Positions 1-15,016 of a DNA stretch of 64,000 nt are shown piece by piece. Origin of the DNA: Eledone cirrhosa (taxonomy: Eukaryota); contig OZ024742.1 of the NCBI GenBank assembly GCA_964016885.1, positions 135,842,001 through 135,906,000 on the forward strand, in the 5' to 3' direction. Below the pieces are notes generated by a model, which made no database searches, was not told the origin of the DNA, and saw nothing but the letters and a program-made list of their open reading frames with translations. Every line of letters starts with the position of its first letter. Position 1 is the first letter of the stretch. A program made the position numbers and the translations under genes.

Positions 1-945
1 GTAAAGGGCAGTTTGATTTGATTGTACAGTTACATTTTATGGAATTGTTGTTGCTCGGAACGGTACTATTGTTCTGAATATTGTTGTTAGGAATATTATT
101 ATTGTTATTTTGGTTAGTTTGGTTAGGGTTTAAATTTAAGTTTCTATTATTAATTCTATTTATATTGTGTGCTATGTTCATAGTAGTAGAGTAGGATAGT
201 TTTATAGTGTGTCTGTTAAAAATAGAATGGTATATGAGGGCTTTAGGAAACATTTATCTAGTGCTTTAAAGAATAGCTTTGCTAAAGTTGTTTTAACACT
301 TAATGTGAATGGGGGAGAGTACCAAATAATATTTATAGTTCTAGTGTTTTGTTTGGTTTAGTGTTTAATTTGAATTGTTTATTATTATTATAATTAATAC
401 TAGGATGATTTGTCATGTTATTGTTATCCATGTATTTAATTTTATTCGAGTATCCTGCTCTAAGTAAAGCTTCATTATAATATTCTGCCTTATCATCAAA
501 CATATTTTTATTAGCAGAGATGCGTGAAATCCGTTGTTGGACGCTATTGACAATAGTGATTTTAATACTTCTAGGATGATTAGAATTGAAACTTACATAA
601 TTCAGATTTTCGTTAATTTTATGGAAAAGATAGTAAAGTACTGTGCTAAGGTTTAAGGTTACATCTAAGAAGTTAACGATTTTGTAGCTATTCTCTATTT
701 CTAACTTAAGGTTGTAGATGTTGATAAATTGTATTATGGATTTCCTTTTCCTATTAATTTCACTATTGCTATGGTTTTCAATTAAAATAGTCACGATATA
801 AACTTCCGGTCATCTCTGGCATTTTCCTATGCAGTACATTATGAATAAATAATCCAATGAGGTCCGTTACTTGCGCCGAGTCAGATGATCCCATAGTCAT
901 ATAAAAATTGTTTTTTCTGTCGGCTCTTATCCAGATATGATTATT
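1..945 (-). pseudogene. Penelope-like element reverse transcriptase fragment (RT core, thumb and linker), decayed
   Basis: ORF 333..794 has VNFLDVTLNL...YVSFNSNHPRSI...QRISRISAN (PLE thumb). Upstream bases read MGSSDSAQVTDLIG, the same motif as at 8035. Downstream reads IIWYSPPF...FNRHTIKLSYS (PLE linker). Frameshifts and stops present. Confidence 0.85.
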
Positions 946-949
946 ATTC

Positions 950-2435
950 TACTTCAATTTCACATTTAATTTTGAATTTAAAACACAACAATATAGACTA
1001 TTCAATATCTTGGAGAACGATTTCGAAAGAGCCTGTATACCGAAATATGGCTTTATCAAGATTCTGTAACTTGTGTATCGAAGACATTTTTTATATAATG
1101 AACTGTCAAAACTCTATTAATCTTAGAACAGAATTATTTTCTTCATGAAGACATCGCCAAAATTCCACGTTCAGAACTATTTTTAATTCATAATATTCCT
1201 ATATACCTTCAAAATGATCCTATCTTCTTAAAAATTTATATGTAAATTTTAAAAATTTTTTAATATATTTAATATTTTTAATATTTTTATTATTTCTAAT
1301 TTTTTTTTATATTTTTACCTTTTCACATTAATTTTTTTTAATATATATATTTAATATATATATTTAATTCTGGCCTTATTTTTCTAATGACACCCTTCTA
1401 AATATATTTTTTTAGGTGTAGATTGATAATCTTTAATTGACATTCTGAAAATGTATTCTTACGATAGTTCTTCGAAAAGCACATTACATTTTTCCTCTAT
1501 TTTGGATATTCAAACTTTTACACATCTTTCCACTCAAATAATTAATCTCACACAAAATAATTTATAATTTTCTTTATATATTTTTTAGTAAATCATTCAT
1601 CAAATTTAACGTTTAACAAACAAAATTGGAGTTATCTTTCCTCTCTCAATCGTGCAAATATAAACATATTATGTATGATAATCTATATAACTTCGCTAAA
1701 TTAACAATATTCTGAAAACATTTTCAATGTTGAACAAAATATTCGAATCTACAAATGTTCTCCTCTCACAACTTGAACCACCTATTTGTTTATGTAAAAT
1801 ACAAAATCAAAATCATTCGTAACATCATTAGAAATATAAATAACTAATAATTGTAAATTATTTCTATTTCTATAATACTAATACATATGCAATTATTAAT
1901 ATATAGATATTTATATACATAACCTATTGTAATGTAATAAAATAAAAATACTTACAAATATAATTCTTCATATAATCTAATTGATCATATATACAATATT
2001 ATAACTCATAATATAGGTAAATAAATTTAAGTTTAAACTCTGGAATCATATTCCACATTTTCCCCCAAATTAACGTAAATACAAGCTCTTCTTCCTTTTT
2101 CTTCTTTCCTACGCATGCAAACACATATCATAATTATTTAAATTCTCCATAGCGTCTAAAATAACATTTTTTCAACCCTTTACCTCAACCTCATTTGCAT
2201 ACTCATTTGCATACTCATCTTAACAATTTGAAATATCTGACTTTTCTTCTATTATACCTTCACTAAGCAAGGAAAACTTGAACCGTTAAGGTATTTTCTT
2301 TGGTATGACAAAATTTATAAAACACACTTCGTATTTTATATGAGGAAAGCCGACCAACGTTGTGGTACCCTTGAAATATATATAATAGAATAAATATGGT
2401 GTTATAAATATAGTTTCCATTTATTTAATATCATA
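950..2435 (+). mobile_element. Penelope-like element 3' part: C-terminal end of GIY-YIG domain plus AT-rich 3' UTR/pseudo-LTR, inverted relative to the RT fragment at 1-945
   Basis: 950-1190 translates with frameshifts to ..NLKHNNIDYSISW..CNLCIEDIFYIM..INLRTELFSS*RHR, matching the end of ORF 9362..9910. The 3' end (2331-2435) aligns with 7541-7645. Confidence 0.7.
2332..2392 (+). ncRNA. Type I hammerhead ribozyme, degenerate copy (C3>A)
   Basis: TATTTTAT-aTGAGGA-aagccgaccaacgttgtggtaccctt-GAAA-TATATA-TA-ATAGAATA; paralog of 7542-7604 with a core mutation. Confidence 0.65.
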
Positions 2436-2606
2436 CATACATATATACTTATATACATAAATACATATATACATACATACTTACATACATTCATATATAC
2501 GTACATATATACATGCATACATGCATACATACATACATACATACATACATACATACATACATACATACATACATACATACATACATACATACATACATAC
2601 ATACAT
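2432..2606. repeat. (TACA)n microsatellite
   Basis: Directly visible tetranucleotide repeat. Confidence 0.95.
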
Positions 2607-5600
2607 AATAGAGTCAAGGCAATCAGTCGAATATTTTGGCGTGGGAGTCTATTTATTAAATTTAAGATAATACTATCTCCAACAGTAATGCCACAACTAC
2701 AGTCATGTTGAATAACTGGTTATTCTTCTAACTATATCTTCTGAAAACACCTTTTATTCGAATTCGTAGAGATATCCGACTAAATACATAATTCATTTTA
2801 CAAGGATTTGCTACAAACAGCATGGCTGAACACAACATCAACAACAAAATTAAGGAAGTATCGAAGACGAACAACGAGAAAGGTAAATAAAATTTATTCA
2901 GTTGTAGCTACAGAAGAAACCGAAATTATAAATCGCATTTCTCTTGGAGTTGCGAACTTAATGATGATTTATTTAATTGTTATAAAATGGCAAAAAACAA
3001 TCCCTTCATTGCTATATAAACAGAAGCTAAATTATTTCACAGTGAAACAATTACGCCAACAAGCGACGTTTGTTGAACGTAAAAGTAAGATAAATATTAA
3101 TTGTAAGTTCCCCACAACAAACATGGGATCAACAACACGTGCTACAGATTGCCATGCTACTAGACTGCCTAGCAGCCAGGTAGAACAATGCCTTGAAACA
3201 ACTATGCCTGTAAGAAACTTGACACCACCTGTACCATCTAAGTCTACCTCGAATACTGGGGAAAACACGATCGATAATAATAATAATCGAAGAAATAATA
3301 ATAATAATCGAAGAAATTTGACACCACGTGTACCATCCGAGTCTACCTCGACTGTTGTAGAAAATAGTATCGATAATGATAATAATCAAAAGTATAATCA
3401 ATTGAAAATTTCCCTCAACGAAATCTTCCAGAGAGAAATTAATTCATGTATAAATATCTCTCTTGCTGAACGTATTAAAATGATAATATTTAATAAAAAA
3501 ATAAAAAATAAATAAAAAAAAATAATGAAATATTACGTGTTATTGACGAAATAGGGGATGAATATTTACGACGGATAAAAACCCCAACATTTTGACAAAT
3601 CAACGCCTGTTTATATGCCTTAGCAACAACAGTGAAGCATTATCTTGGTGATAGCAGAGATATTAACAAGAAGAAAACACCATCATATATAACTAGAATA
3701 GAAAAAAGATTGCTGACCTACGAAAAAATCTAGGGGATATGTGACAATGCTCCTTACATGTAAACAAACGCAAAAAACCTCACTCCTCACCAACAAAGAG
3801 TGAAAAATAAAATAGAGACGATGTTTGGTAACAGTAGAACCAGAGGTCTTCAATATAAGCTGATCACCCTCAAACAAGAATTGAGAGCTGTTAGCGAAAA
3901 ACGCCGATACCTGAAGAAGGTAGATGAGAGAAAAGTGCTTAATGAAAGATTCAGACGAAACCAAACATCAGTCTATAGAGATATGAAGAACAAAATAATA
4001 AGTGTCACTTAGGCCCCAACCCAGAACGACATAGATTTCTTTTGGAGCAAAATATGGGGTGAAAAGAAGAATTTCAACCAAGATACAGTGTGGTTAAGAG
4101 AAATCCGAAAGAACTATTGCTCCTACACTACAACAAAAATATATGAAATAAGTGAGGGTACCCTTGAGACTGTGATAGGAAAACTCCAAGTTAAGAAAAC
4201 ACCAGGAAGAGACATTATTGTCAGCTACTGGTACAAAAATACTGATATTCTATCGGAGGTATCTTACTGAACTCTACCAACGAGTTCTTAAGGGAGATAC
4301 ACTTATACCAGAACGGTTGACATTAGCACAAACATAAAGACACCCACTTGGCAAAAAACTACCGATGTATAAGATGAATACAGCCTGCCTGAACCTATTC
4401 CTCCAGGATCACTGTGAAAATAATAGCATCATCACAGATGAAAAAGCAGCTGGAAAGAAAGGGCTTCGACAACTCCTAATCAACAAAACTGCGATGTCGG
4501 AGGTGTGACAACTTAGGATGAATATGGCTACAGTCTGGCTGGACTACAGGAAAGCTTTCGATTCTGTTCCCCACTCTTGGAAGAGGCCCTCCAACTTGCT
4601 AAAGTCCCAGACATTTTGGTCAGAGCCATAGAGAGGCTGTCTTCTTCTTGGGCTACTATCCTAAGGGTAAAGACAGAGAGGGAGGACTCTATTTTCACTG
4701 ATAAAATAAAATATCGCAGGGGTATATTTCAGGGAGACAGTCTTTCTGTGATATTATTCATCCTGTTATTAAACCCCATGTCCTTTCTGCTCAAGAAATG
4801 TGAAGGATATATCATTGGTTCACAGAAGGACAGAAATACGAACCTAACCCATAATTTCTTTGTGGATGATCTGAAACTCTATGCCAAGAACATGGATGGG
4901 ATGAAGAAAAATCTTGACCTGGTTACAACATTCTCAAAGGATATAGGAATGTAGTTTGGCCAAGACAAATGCTCATATATGACTGTAAAGCGAGGGGGAA
5001 AAAACAGCCCAATCTAGCAACATTGTCATCAATGGTCTAACTGTTTCACAGATATCAGATGAGGACTGCTACAGATACCTGGGGATAGATGAGAACATAT
5101 CCTATAATGGTATATGTAATAAGGAACGCGTAACCAGGGAATACTACACCCGATTAAGAAAGATTTGGTCATCGGAGCTCTCTGCGAAAAACAAAACAGT
5201 GGCTCACAATGTGTTTGCTGTGCCTGTCCTAACACCAACGTTTGGAATACTCAATTGGACGATAGACGAAATCCGAGCAGTTGATGTTGGAATTCGAAAA
5301 ATACTAAATAACACCGGAAACTTCCACATCAACAGTGACATAGACCGCCTTTACTTGAAACGTAAGCAGGGAGGCAGAGGCCTAAATCAGTCCAGATAGC
5401 ATTTGAATGTCGCATTATATCTCTCCGACAACATCTACGAACCTCGAAGCGTAGGAGCCTGTCTCTCGAGCAAGTTTATCTGCATGAAACAGATAAGATC
5501 ATGAGAGTTGGGAGGGAACTCCTCGAGAGATATTCCCTGTGTGATAATCAAAAACTCACACCCAGGGAAGTCGCTCAGCAGTATCGCAGTGAATCCATGG

Positions 5601-6480
5601 ATGAAAAACTGCATGCTTATCAGCAAAGAATCATGCATGGATATGTTGCCAGGAAGCTCCAGATTGAGAGTAATATAGATAAGGAAATTAGTCTATCTTG
5701 GACCCAAAACCGCTATATTGGCTCCCACTCTGAAGGATACGCTTTTGCAATCCAAGAGCAGGAAATTAACACGAAATACCTGATTCATAAAAGAGATAGG
5801 GATGCAGGCAAAACAACTAGATGTGATATCAAGTGCAGACTCTGCAGAACTAACATCGAAGATATCACCCATGTGATCAGCAGCTGTCCAAAGATGTCAT
5901 CGTGGTACTATCTACCTTTGAGGCAGGATGTAGTGGCCAAAACACTGTACAATGCAATCCGTAGAAAAGATAGCCCCGATAATAAACACATTAAAGATCA
6001 CAGCAATGTGGAAGACATCCATGTACATAATATGAAAGAGTGCTGGTGGAATCTTCCAGTAAAAACCCCAATAAAATGCAGACATAACAGACCAGATATT
6101 ATGATATGGGACAGGGAGAAGAAAGCAAGCACAGTAGTGGAAATTAGCTGCCCAGCACATGCCAATATAATATCAAAAATTAGCGAAAAGGAGAATATTT
6201 ATGCAGAACTGATGAGAAATCTGCAGATACTCCACCCTGATTACACCTTCAGATTTATGTCTGTGATTATTGGGGCACTGGGGTATGTTAGTAACTGCCT
6301 CAATAGAAAGCTTGAGAAGCTAGGCTTCACACGAACAGAAAGAACACAACTAGTTAGGAAATTACAAAGACAATCCATTAATGGAACAGTAACAATATGT
6401 AAAACATTCCAAAAGTGTTGCATCTAATAACTGCATATACACATGTACAGATACAAAGTATGCACACATATAACTCAAAA
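2607..6480 (+). mobile_element. R4/Dong-like non-LTR retrotransposon (RT + CCHC + restriction-like endonuclease), (CATA)n-associated family, pseudogenised near-full-length copy
   Basis: ORF pieces 2808-6427: WLDYRKAFDSVPH, RGIFQGDSLSVILF, HNFFVDDLKLY, DIDRLYLKRKQGGRGL, CRLC..EDITHVISSC, RPDIMIWD..VEISCP..EKENIY. Begins right after (TACA)n. Confidence 0.9.
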
Positions 6481-6484
6481 TATA

Positions 6485-8019
<1,535 letters not shown>

Positions 8020-8034
8020 TGGGGTTGAGCGACC

Positions 8035-9910
8035 ATGGGGTCGAGCGACTCGGCGCAGGTGACCGACCTTGTAGGGATATATCTCATCCGTAGGCTAACG
8101 GAGCAGATCCCGGGGATCGGCGGTGGAATATACAGAGACAACGCACTTTTCACCTTCCGCTGCCTAAACCCCAGCCAGATGGAGCGTATGAGGAAGCGCA
8201 TATCGCATTTTTTTAAACAACACGGCTTATCCGTGACAATAGATCCCAGCACCAAGACGGTCAATTTTCTGGATGTTACCTTGAAAATGAATACGGGCAT
8301 CCACCGACCGTATTATAAGCCCAACGAGAACCTGCAATATGTGAACAGGCAATCGAATCACCCTAAGTCAGTCATAGAAGCCATAGTTAAAGGGGTATCC
8401 AAACGCGTATCCACCCTGTCGGCGAACGCAGATTTGTTTAAAGAGCACACCGAATATTATAATGAGGCACTGCGCAGGGCCCGTTACACAGACACCGTAC
8501 TGTATGCCCCGGACAGGGAAGAGCGAAGTAATGAGACGTGCAGAAACGGCAATAGCGGGGGCGCCTCGATAGATAGAAGAAATGACCCGGTAGCAGTCTC
8601 TAGGAACACAAATAGCAACACAGCTAACATTAATGACACAAGACCGACCGTAGGAAGGACAAAGGCACCCATAGGAGCCAGACCACCCAGTACGCGGAGA
8701 CATCGGCCTGGCACGCACACTGCATGCTTCGCGGCAACTGGGACTAGGGGCAGGACAACGACACATACGGCCGTGGCACCCGCCAGAGAGCACACCCAGC
8801 CTGGTTGTAGTGGTACAGCCCCGACAGCAGCATCACATAGACCTAAGGGGACTAGATATATAGCCGACCACATAGAACGACATAACTTAATAACTGAAGG
8901 GCATAACCCCAATGCCCATAGCGGGCACATAGATAAAGACAACACAGGATATGTAATTGTGGCTGTTTAGAGCACAGGACGGACATCGAGTCCAGGACAC
9001 ACCAACACGACTCCACGCACGCGAAGGAACAGATCTAAGGCCGTTACTTGGTTTAATGCGCCTTGCTCCAAACATGTACGCACCAACGTGCAAGGACTTT
9101 TTTCCGAGCGTTGGATGAGTGATTTCCGCCGACGAACAAGTACCACAAAATCTTCAACCGCCACACGGTGAAGTTTTCCTTCTCCACAGCACCTAACATG
9201 GCCGACTACATGGCTAAAACTAACGCGATGAAGATGGCGAGCTTTGGCCGTCAACCGCGGCGACAGAATGACCGTCTATCGGAGCGCGGGGGACACCCGG
9301 GGACCGGTCCTCAAATGACAACCCGGCCCCCGAGGGGACCGGAACGCCCGCGGAAGGTGATATGATCCAACGTCGGGAGGGAACGAGTGGCATAGGGGAG
9401 ACCACCGTGTCGTCGGAACAACATCCTGTGAATCCTGAGAGGGTCATAACAGATCGAGGCCCAGACATCAGATGCGAAAATACTGACAACAGAACTTGTC
9501 ACTGCAGAGCGGGCACCCAGTGCCCCCTGCAGGGAAAATGCCTGACAAAGTACCTGATATACAAGTGTGTGGTTACAACCCAAAATGCGCATCGCACCTA
9601 CATCGGCGCAACATCCACGACCTTTAAATCGCGGATGTATAATCACACGACTTCCTTCAGGGACTGTAGCAAAAAGCACTCCACTAGGTTAGCGGACCTG
9701 GTGTGGGAGCTGAAAGACCAAGGCATTCCGTACGCCCTGGAATGGAGTATCGTTCGCCATGCAAGGGCATATTCGGCTGGAAGTAGAATGTGCCGATTAT
9801 ACCTACACGAGGCCATGGAGGTAGTAAGACTGAAAGATGACGTGGTCAACCTGAAGTCTGAAATTATCATGACCTGCAGACACCAGAGAAGATGCACATT
9901 TGCAGCATGA
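8035..9910 (+). pseudogene. Penelope RT (C-terminal half) + Cys-rich linker + GIY-YIG endonuclease, frameshifted
   Basis: MGSSDSAQVTDL, GIYRDNAL (YRDD-like), VNFLDVTL, YVNRQSNHP, VTWFNAP, CHCRAGTQCPLQGKC, IYKCVV..TYIGAT..FKSRMYNH, CRL..E..NLKSEI..CRH. Confidence 0.9.
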
Positions 9911-10479
9911 AATCCTCCGGGTAGCACAGGCCAAGGGCATGGGACCGTGTACGCACATACTCGAGCGGCCCAACGGGATTAAGGGACTTGACACCATGCC
10001 CTGATGACATTGTGCGACCCGTGTGGCAAACATAAATAAACCCAGGTGCACACCGGACCGAGCACGCAACATTAGGCAGGTACATCGACTATGCCGGGAC
10101 CGACTAACACGGAGTCCACGGTCGTCCAGTCAAACACCTCAAACATAAAGAACAGCACACCCCAATCACTGTGGCATACCCCAAGGTGACCGGGCCAAGC
10201 GTCCCCTTGAATGTGTACCTCGTCAATCGTGACTATATACTCTCCACATATTCCACTTTGGAACAATTATTATTACTGTTATTATTGTTCGGTTATTGTT
10301 GTTTGTTCCATACAGGGACCTAAGTTTGCACCTCATACTACCTGTGTGTAGTATATCACATGAATACACGCACCTCCTCCTTTACCCCCCCCCCCTTTTT
10401 TATCTCTTTGTGAAGTTACATACAGATTTTAATGTATTTTAACATATTGTAAATTTATTTATTCTATTTTATTATCTTA

Positions 10480-10657
10480 TTGTGTTTATATGTGTGTTTT
10501 TATGTGTAGATCTGTGCGTATGTATATGTGTGTGTGTATGTAGATATATATATATACGTGTGTGTGTATGGGAGGTGTGTATGTGTCCATGTGTACGTAT
10601 ATGCATGAGCTTATACGTGTGTGTGTGCATCCAAGTACATGTATGTACATATGTGGG

Positions 10658-10699
<42 letters not shown>

Positions 10700-12110
10700 G
10701 CCGTGTATGAGTATGTGTGTGTATGTGGGTGCGTATGTATATATGTGTGTGTGTGTGTGTGTATGTATGTATATATGGGTCTCTATATGTACGTGTATTT
10801 ATATGTATATATAAATGTGTACATCTCACAGGAATGTGTACGGATGGATTATATATTCATTTTATTATGTATTATTTTATCATATATATTTTAAATATAT
10901 ATATGTATGTATGAATATGTATGCATGTATATATATATATATATATATATTATATTGTATACTATATTGTTATTTTATTGTTATTTTATTGTATATTGTA
11001 TTTTGTATATTGTATATTTATTTTACGGTTTTGTTTATATATGTATAAGTGGAAGCATGTATGTGTAGGCAAATATGCATATGTGCATGTGTGTGCATGT
11101 GGCCGTCCGTGTGCGTATGCATATATATATACATGTATATATGTGTGTGTGTATATATGTATGTATATATGTGGGTGTGCGTATGCATGTAGAGTTTTAT
11201 ACATATGCGTATGTATGTATGTGTGTATGTTGTTATGTGTACGTATGTGTATTTTGTATGTATGTGTATGTATATATGTATATATATATATATATATATG
11301 TATATAAGGTTATGCGTAGGTATATGTGCGTGCGTATGTGTGTGTATATGCGTATGTTTGTGTGTGTGTACACATATAGATATATGTGCGTATAGGTATG
11401 TGTGTGTATGTGCGTATATACATGTGTATGTGTATATATGTGTGCGTATGCATATATGTATATGTGTATACGTGTGTGTCTGCATGCGCGTGCATATGTG
11501 TGTGTGTCTATGTACACACACATATATATATATGGTGTGTGTATCTTTCTGTGGGGTGTGTGTGTGTGTGTGCGTACGTACACCCACATAGGACAGGGTT
11601 TGTCTAAGTGTTTATATGCGGGTACATGTACTTGTGTGTACAGGTGTGTGTATGTGTGTGTACGTGTGCTTACGTCTTTGGAAGTGTGTCTGTCCCTGAT
11701 GCCTATCCATAAGGATATGCGTGTATGTGCGTGTGTATCCATGTAGGTGTCTGAGAGTGTTTGTGTATATATGTGCTGATGTGCCCGAACGCCGATATGT
11801 GTCTTTGTATGCGTGGACGTGTGTGTCTGCGCGTGTGTGCGCGTATGCGTGCGTGTGAGACCGGATGTATGGCGCTGTTTAGGCAGGCGACAATAGGCAT
11901 GTGGCGGTCGATATGTGTATGTGTGTGTGCCTGAGTTTGTGGAAGAGAGGGAGAGTGTGTGCGTGTATATATGTGCATGGGGTATGTGTGTCTACACATG
12001 TATGCATACATATGTGTATGCATGCATGTGTGTGTGCCTGCGCGTGTGTGGTGTGTATATGTGTGTGTGTGTATGTGGGTACATACTCTGGAGTGTGAAC
12101 AGACGTGTGA
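10480..12110. repeat. Degenerate (TG)n/(TA)n mosaic simple repeat
   Basis: Directly visible; source of many spurious ORFs. Confidence 0.9.
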
Positions 12111-12304
12111 TATACCTAACCCAGCATGTGTCCATTGAAGTGTGTCGGACGGCAAATGGCTGATGATCCGTGTGATAGTTAATAGTGACCAGACCTTATG
12201 ATGACGTAGAATAACAATAACCAATGACATGACAAGAGTGGAAGATGTTTTTTGAAGGTGTTTTTTGACGATAACACCCCAGTGAGAAAATTTGCTCCGA
12301 ACGA

Positions 12305-12405
12305 ATTGCCTGTGTCCGAAGGAACCTGCAGCCGTAGAATCAGCCAGATCCATACAGTGAACATGTCTCGAGCTACCTGCCGGCGAAACAATTATAACAC
12401 GCAAT
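12305..12405 (+). ncRNA. Hammerhead-like motif with variant core in the pseudo-LTR (second copy at 7906-8006, minus strand)
   Basis: Stem I ATTGC(ct)GTGT/ACACGCAAT, core CCGAAGGA, long imperfect stem II, GAAAC-AATT-(A/G)TA; each copy has additional mismatches. Confidence 0.45.
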
Positions 12406-12532
12406 AAACTGAGTCCAGATGCATCACTGATTTTTCGTTTGTTTATACTATTCACACTCTGCTCTGTATGAATATTGAGTACTAATTTTAGCATACCGCC
12501 TATGGAAGCACCATAATTACCATTATACACAC

Positions 12533-12578
<46 letters not shown>

Positions 12579-12606
12579 ATATATATATATATATATTTAC
12601 ATATAA

Positions 12607-12790
12607 TTGTTTCTACTTTTTGGCACAAGGCCAGCAATTACCCAGTGCATTACTGGTACTTTATTTTATCGACCCCGTGAGGATGAAAGGCAAAGTCAAC
12701 CTCGGCGGGATTTGAACTCAGATCGTAAAGGGACATAACTATGCTGGAAAGCATGACGTCCGACCCTCTACCGATACTGCCAATCCACCA
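12607..12790 (-). mobile_element. tRNA-derived SINE (family A)
   Basis: Minus strand has A-box-like TGGCAGTATCGG and B-box-like GAGTTCAAATCC; body CTTTGCCTTTCATCCT..GGGGTCGATAAAATAAAGTACC is repeated at least 8 times in the window. Confidence 0.85.
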
Positions 12791-12837
12791 CATATAATAA
12801 TATATATATATATATGTGTCTGCGTGTGTGTGTGTGC

Positions 12838-12973
<136 letters not shown>

Positions 12974-13931
12974 CGTCATAGAAACAAATCCAATACAAAT
13001 AAGCAGACACACATCCACATAAACACATACCAGTCTCTCTTTCTCTTTCTCTCTCTATTTATCCCCCGTTCTCCCTTTCTATATTTATATATGTATGTGT
13101 GTTTGTGTGTTCGTGTCTGTGTGCACATATGTAATATAAACTTTCAGAAAGAAAATAGAGAGAAATTAACTGGAGGATGATGCGCTTGTTATAGAATAGA
13201 TGATAGTAATACAGAGACGAAAAGTTGTGTTTCAGAGGAAGTGTCTATAAATTTGTATTCAATTAAGATGGATAGCGTATCTTGAAAAGATAAACGAGAA
13301 AAAAATAAAAATAAAAAGCCATCCATCATTTCACTGTAACCTTACTTCTGGTCACCAAGGTGACCACTCCAATCACGTGATATTTTTCTTTATGGTTTAT
13401 AAAGCAATGAGATGACATAAAAGCAATGTTCCTGGCTAAATGCCTTGCTGTATTCAGTCAATTCAGAATATTTTCTGACTTCAAAAGTCTTTATAGTTGT
13501 CATTTTGTTTTAACGTCCCTGGGTTGATGTCTCAAATGTTGAACCGGGTTAAATCGTCTCTGTTTTGTTCATTCAATATTCTTGTTAAAAACCATTGTCA
13601 TTGTTGTTGTAAAATACCCTAGTTTAATTCTAACATGTTTGAAGAAACGAGATATGACCAAATTCCTTTAAATATACCACGAATCAGAAGAAAACTCTGA
13701 AAAAAACAGGAAATATCCACCATGACCTTACTATCATATAACCTTCTATTGAATTTCGTACCTATAAAATCGATTTTGCCGCAGTACGACAACATACTAG
13801 CACATTACAAAGAGATTTGATAAAAATAGCTGCTTCAAGTGACATATTCACACTGAAACCCCAAGCAAACCTACAAATCAAGCACGTTTCTAAAATCATC
13901 AAGCAAAAATATAAAAAAAAGTAATAATAAT

Positions 13932-14085
13932 CATGGTTTCGGATTTAGACACAGGTCAACAATTTTGGAAGGAGGGGAAACTCGATTAAATCGACAGAGT
14001 TCATTATTGGTACTTTATTTTATCGACCCCGCAAGGATGAAAGGCAAAGTTAAACTCAACGAGATTTGATCTCAGAACGTAAAGA
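13932..14085 (-). mobile_element. SINE family A, diverged/truncated
   Basis: GGTACTTTATTTTATCGACCCC..GGATGAAAGGCAAAGT block. Confidence 0.75.
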
Positions 14086-14835
14086 ACTATAAACTTATGT
14101 CATCTCTATACTGTGTGTGGTGTCTGCATTTTCTATTGTGTATGTATGTGGGTGTGATATTTTTTTGTTGGGGGGGGGGTCTTCTTTTTCGTGTGTTTGT
14201 GACGCTGTGTCTAATTCAGGTATTTGTGCGTTTGTATTTGTGTGGGTTTTTATGTGTATATTTCTTTAAGGAGGAGGTCAAGTAGTGGGAAGAGCTTTCC
14301 TCACTTACTTCGTGGGGTGATTATGTCTTAGTTGTTGTTGGTGGTGGTTTAGCTGCTGCTGCTTCTTGCGGTGCAGTTGCTTCTTCTGTTGCTGCCGTGA
14401 TTTATTGTCCCGGCACTGTTGTTGGCAGCAACGGAGATTTGCGCCCCCCCCCCCCCCCCCCCCTTGCATTTTTCAGCTGAGGTCAGAAACAGTGTGGCTT
14501 TCTGCCCTCAGTGACCAGATGTATCTCGGATCATTCCTGAACATGTTTCGCGAAGTTTTTAAGTTCATCCGGCCTGATTTGGAGAAGAATCTCCAAATCC
14601 ATCCCGGACCAATCTTCTCTTAACGTCTTACTTACGTCGAGGAAGGGTACCATCATCATTATAAAGACGAACCGATATCAAACCTAAAATTTTAACTTTA
14701 AACAAACCGAAAGAATCATATAGACATCCCTCTCTATATCTCATATCACGGACTCAAACAATTATATTCAATCACCATGCTGCTTATAAACTTTACAAAA
14801 TTGTATAAGATGGTTCTGAAAGCAAAAGAAACGCA

Positions 14836-15016
14836 GGCATTGGTGGATTGGCAATATATGTAGAGGGTCGGACGCCATGCTTTGCAGCAAAGAGTTACGG
14901 CCCTTTATGGTCTGAGTTCAAATCTCACCGGGGTTAACTTTGCCTTTCATCCTTACGGAGTCGATAAAATAAAGTACCAGTAATGCACTGGCCTTGAGCC
15001 AAAAGTAGAAACAATT
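14836..15016 (+). mobile_element. SINE family A
   Basis: GGTGGATTGGCA..CTGAGTTCAAATC..GTCGATAAAATAAAGTACC..AGTAGAAACAATTA. Confidence 0.85.

Larger units (their letters stand above)
8020..12533 (+). mobile_element. 5'-truncated Penelope-like element (Neptune-type architecture) with long simple-repeat 3' region and terminal pseudo-LTR
   Basis: RT-linker-GIY-YIG coding region 8035-9910; terminal repeat at 12292-12451 duplicated inverted at the 5' end; ends at (TA)n 12534. Confidence 0.75.

Noticed and set aside
1146-1148. In-frame TGA at the conserved Cys of the PLE C-terminal CRH motif (possible selenocysteine, as reported for some Penelope-like clades)
   Set aside because: Single decayed copy with several frameshifts; the paralog near 9875 has TGC; no SECIS identified. 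A point mutation is the simpler explanation.
10000-10040. CTGATGA followed by GCAAAC
   Set aside because: No GAAA core and no stem I/III pairing.
10482-12163. Many overlapping ORFs rich in Y/I/C/V/H/T (also at 38-39, 45-48, 51-57 and 63.4-64 kb)
   Set aside because: Translations of dinucleotide microsatellites.
12157-12226. Second CTGATGA upstream of the pseudo-LTR
   Set aside because: Only GAATA downstream and poor stems; cannot support a ribozyme.
14100-14640. Possible old Tx1 ORF1 fragment on the minus strand
   Set aside because: Only a short match (GCTTTCTGCCCTCAG, low-complexity tract); too decayed to call.
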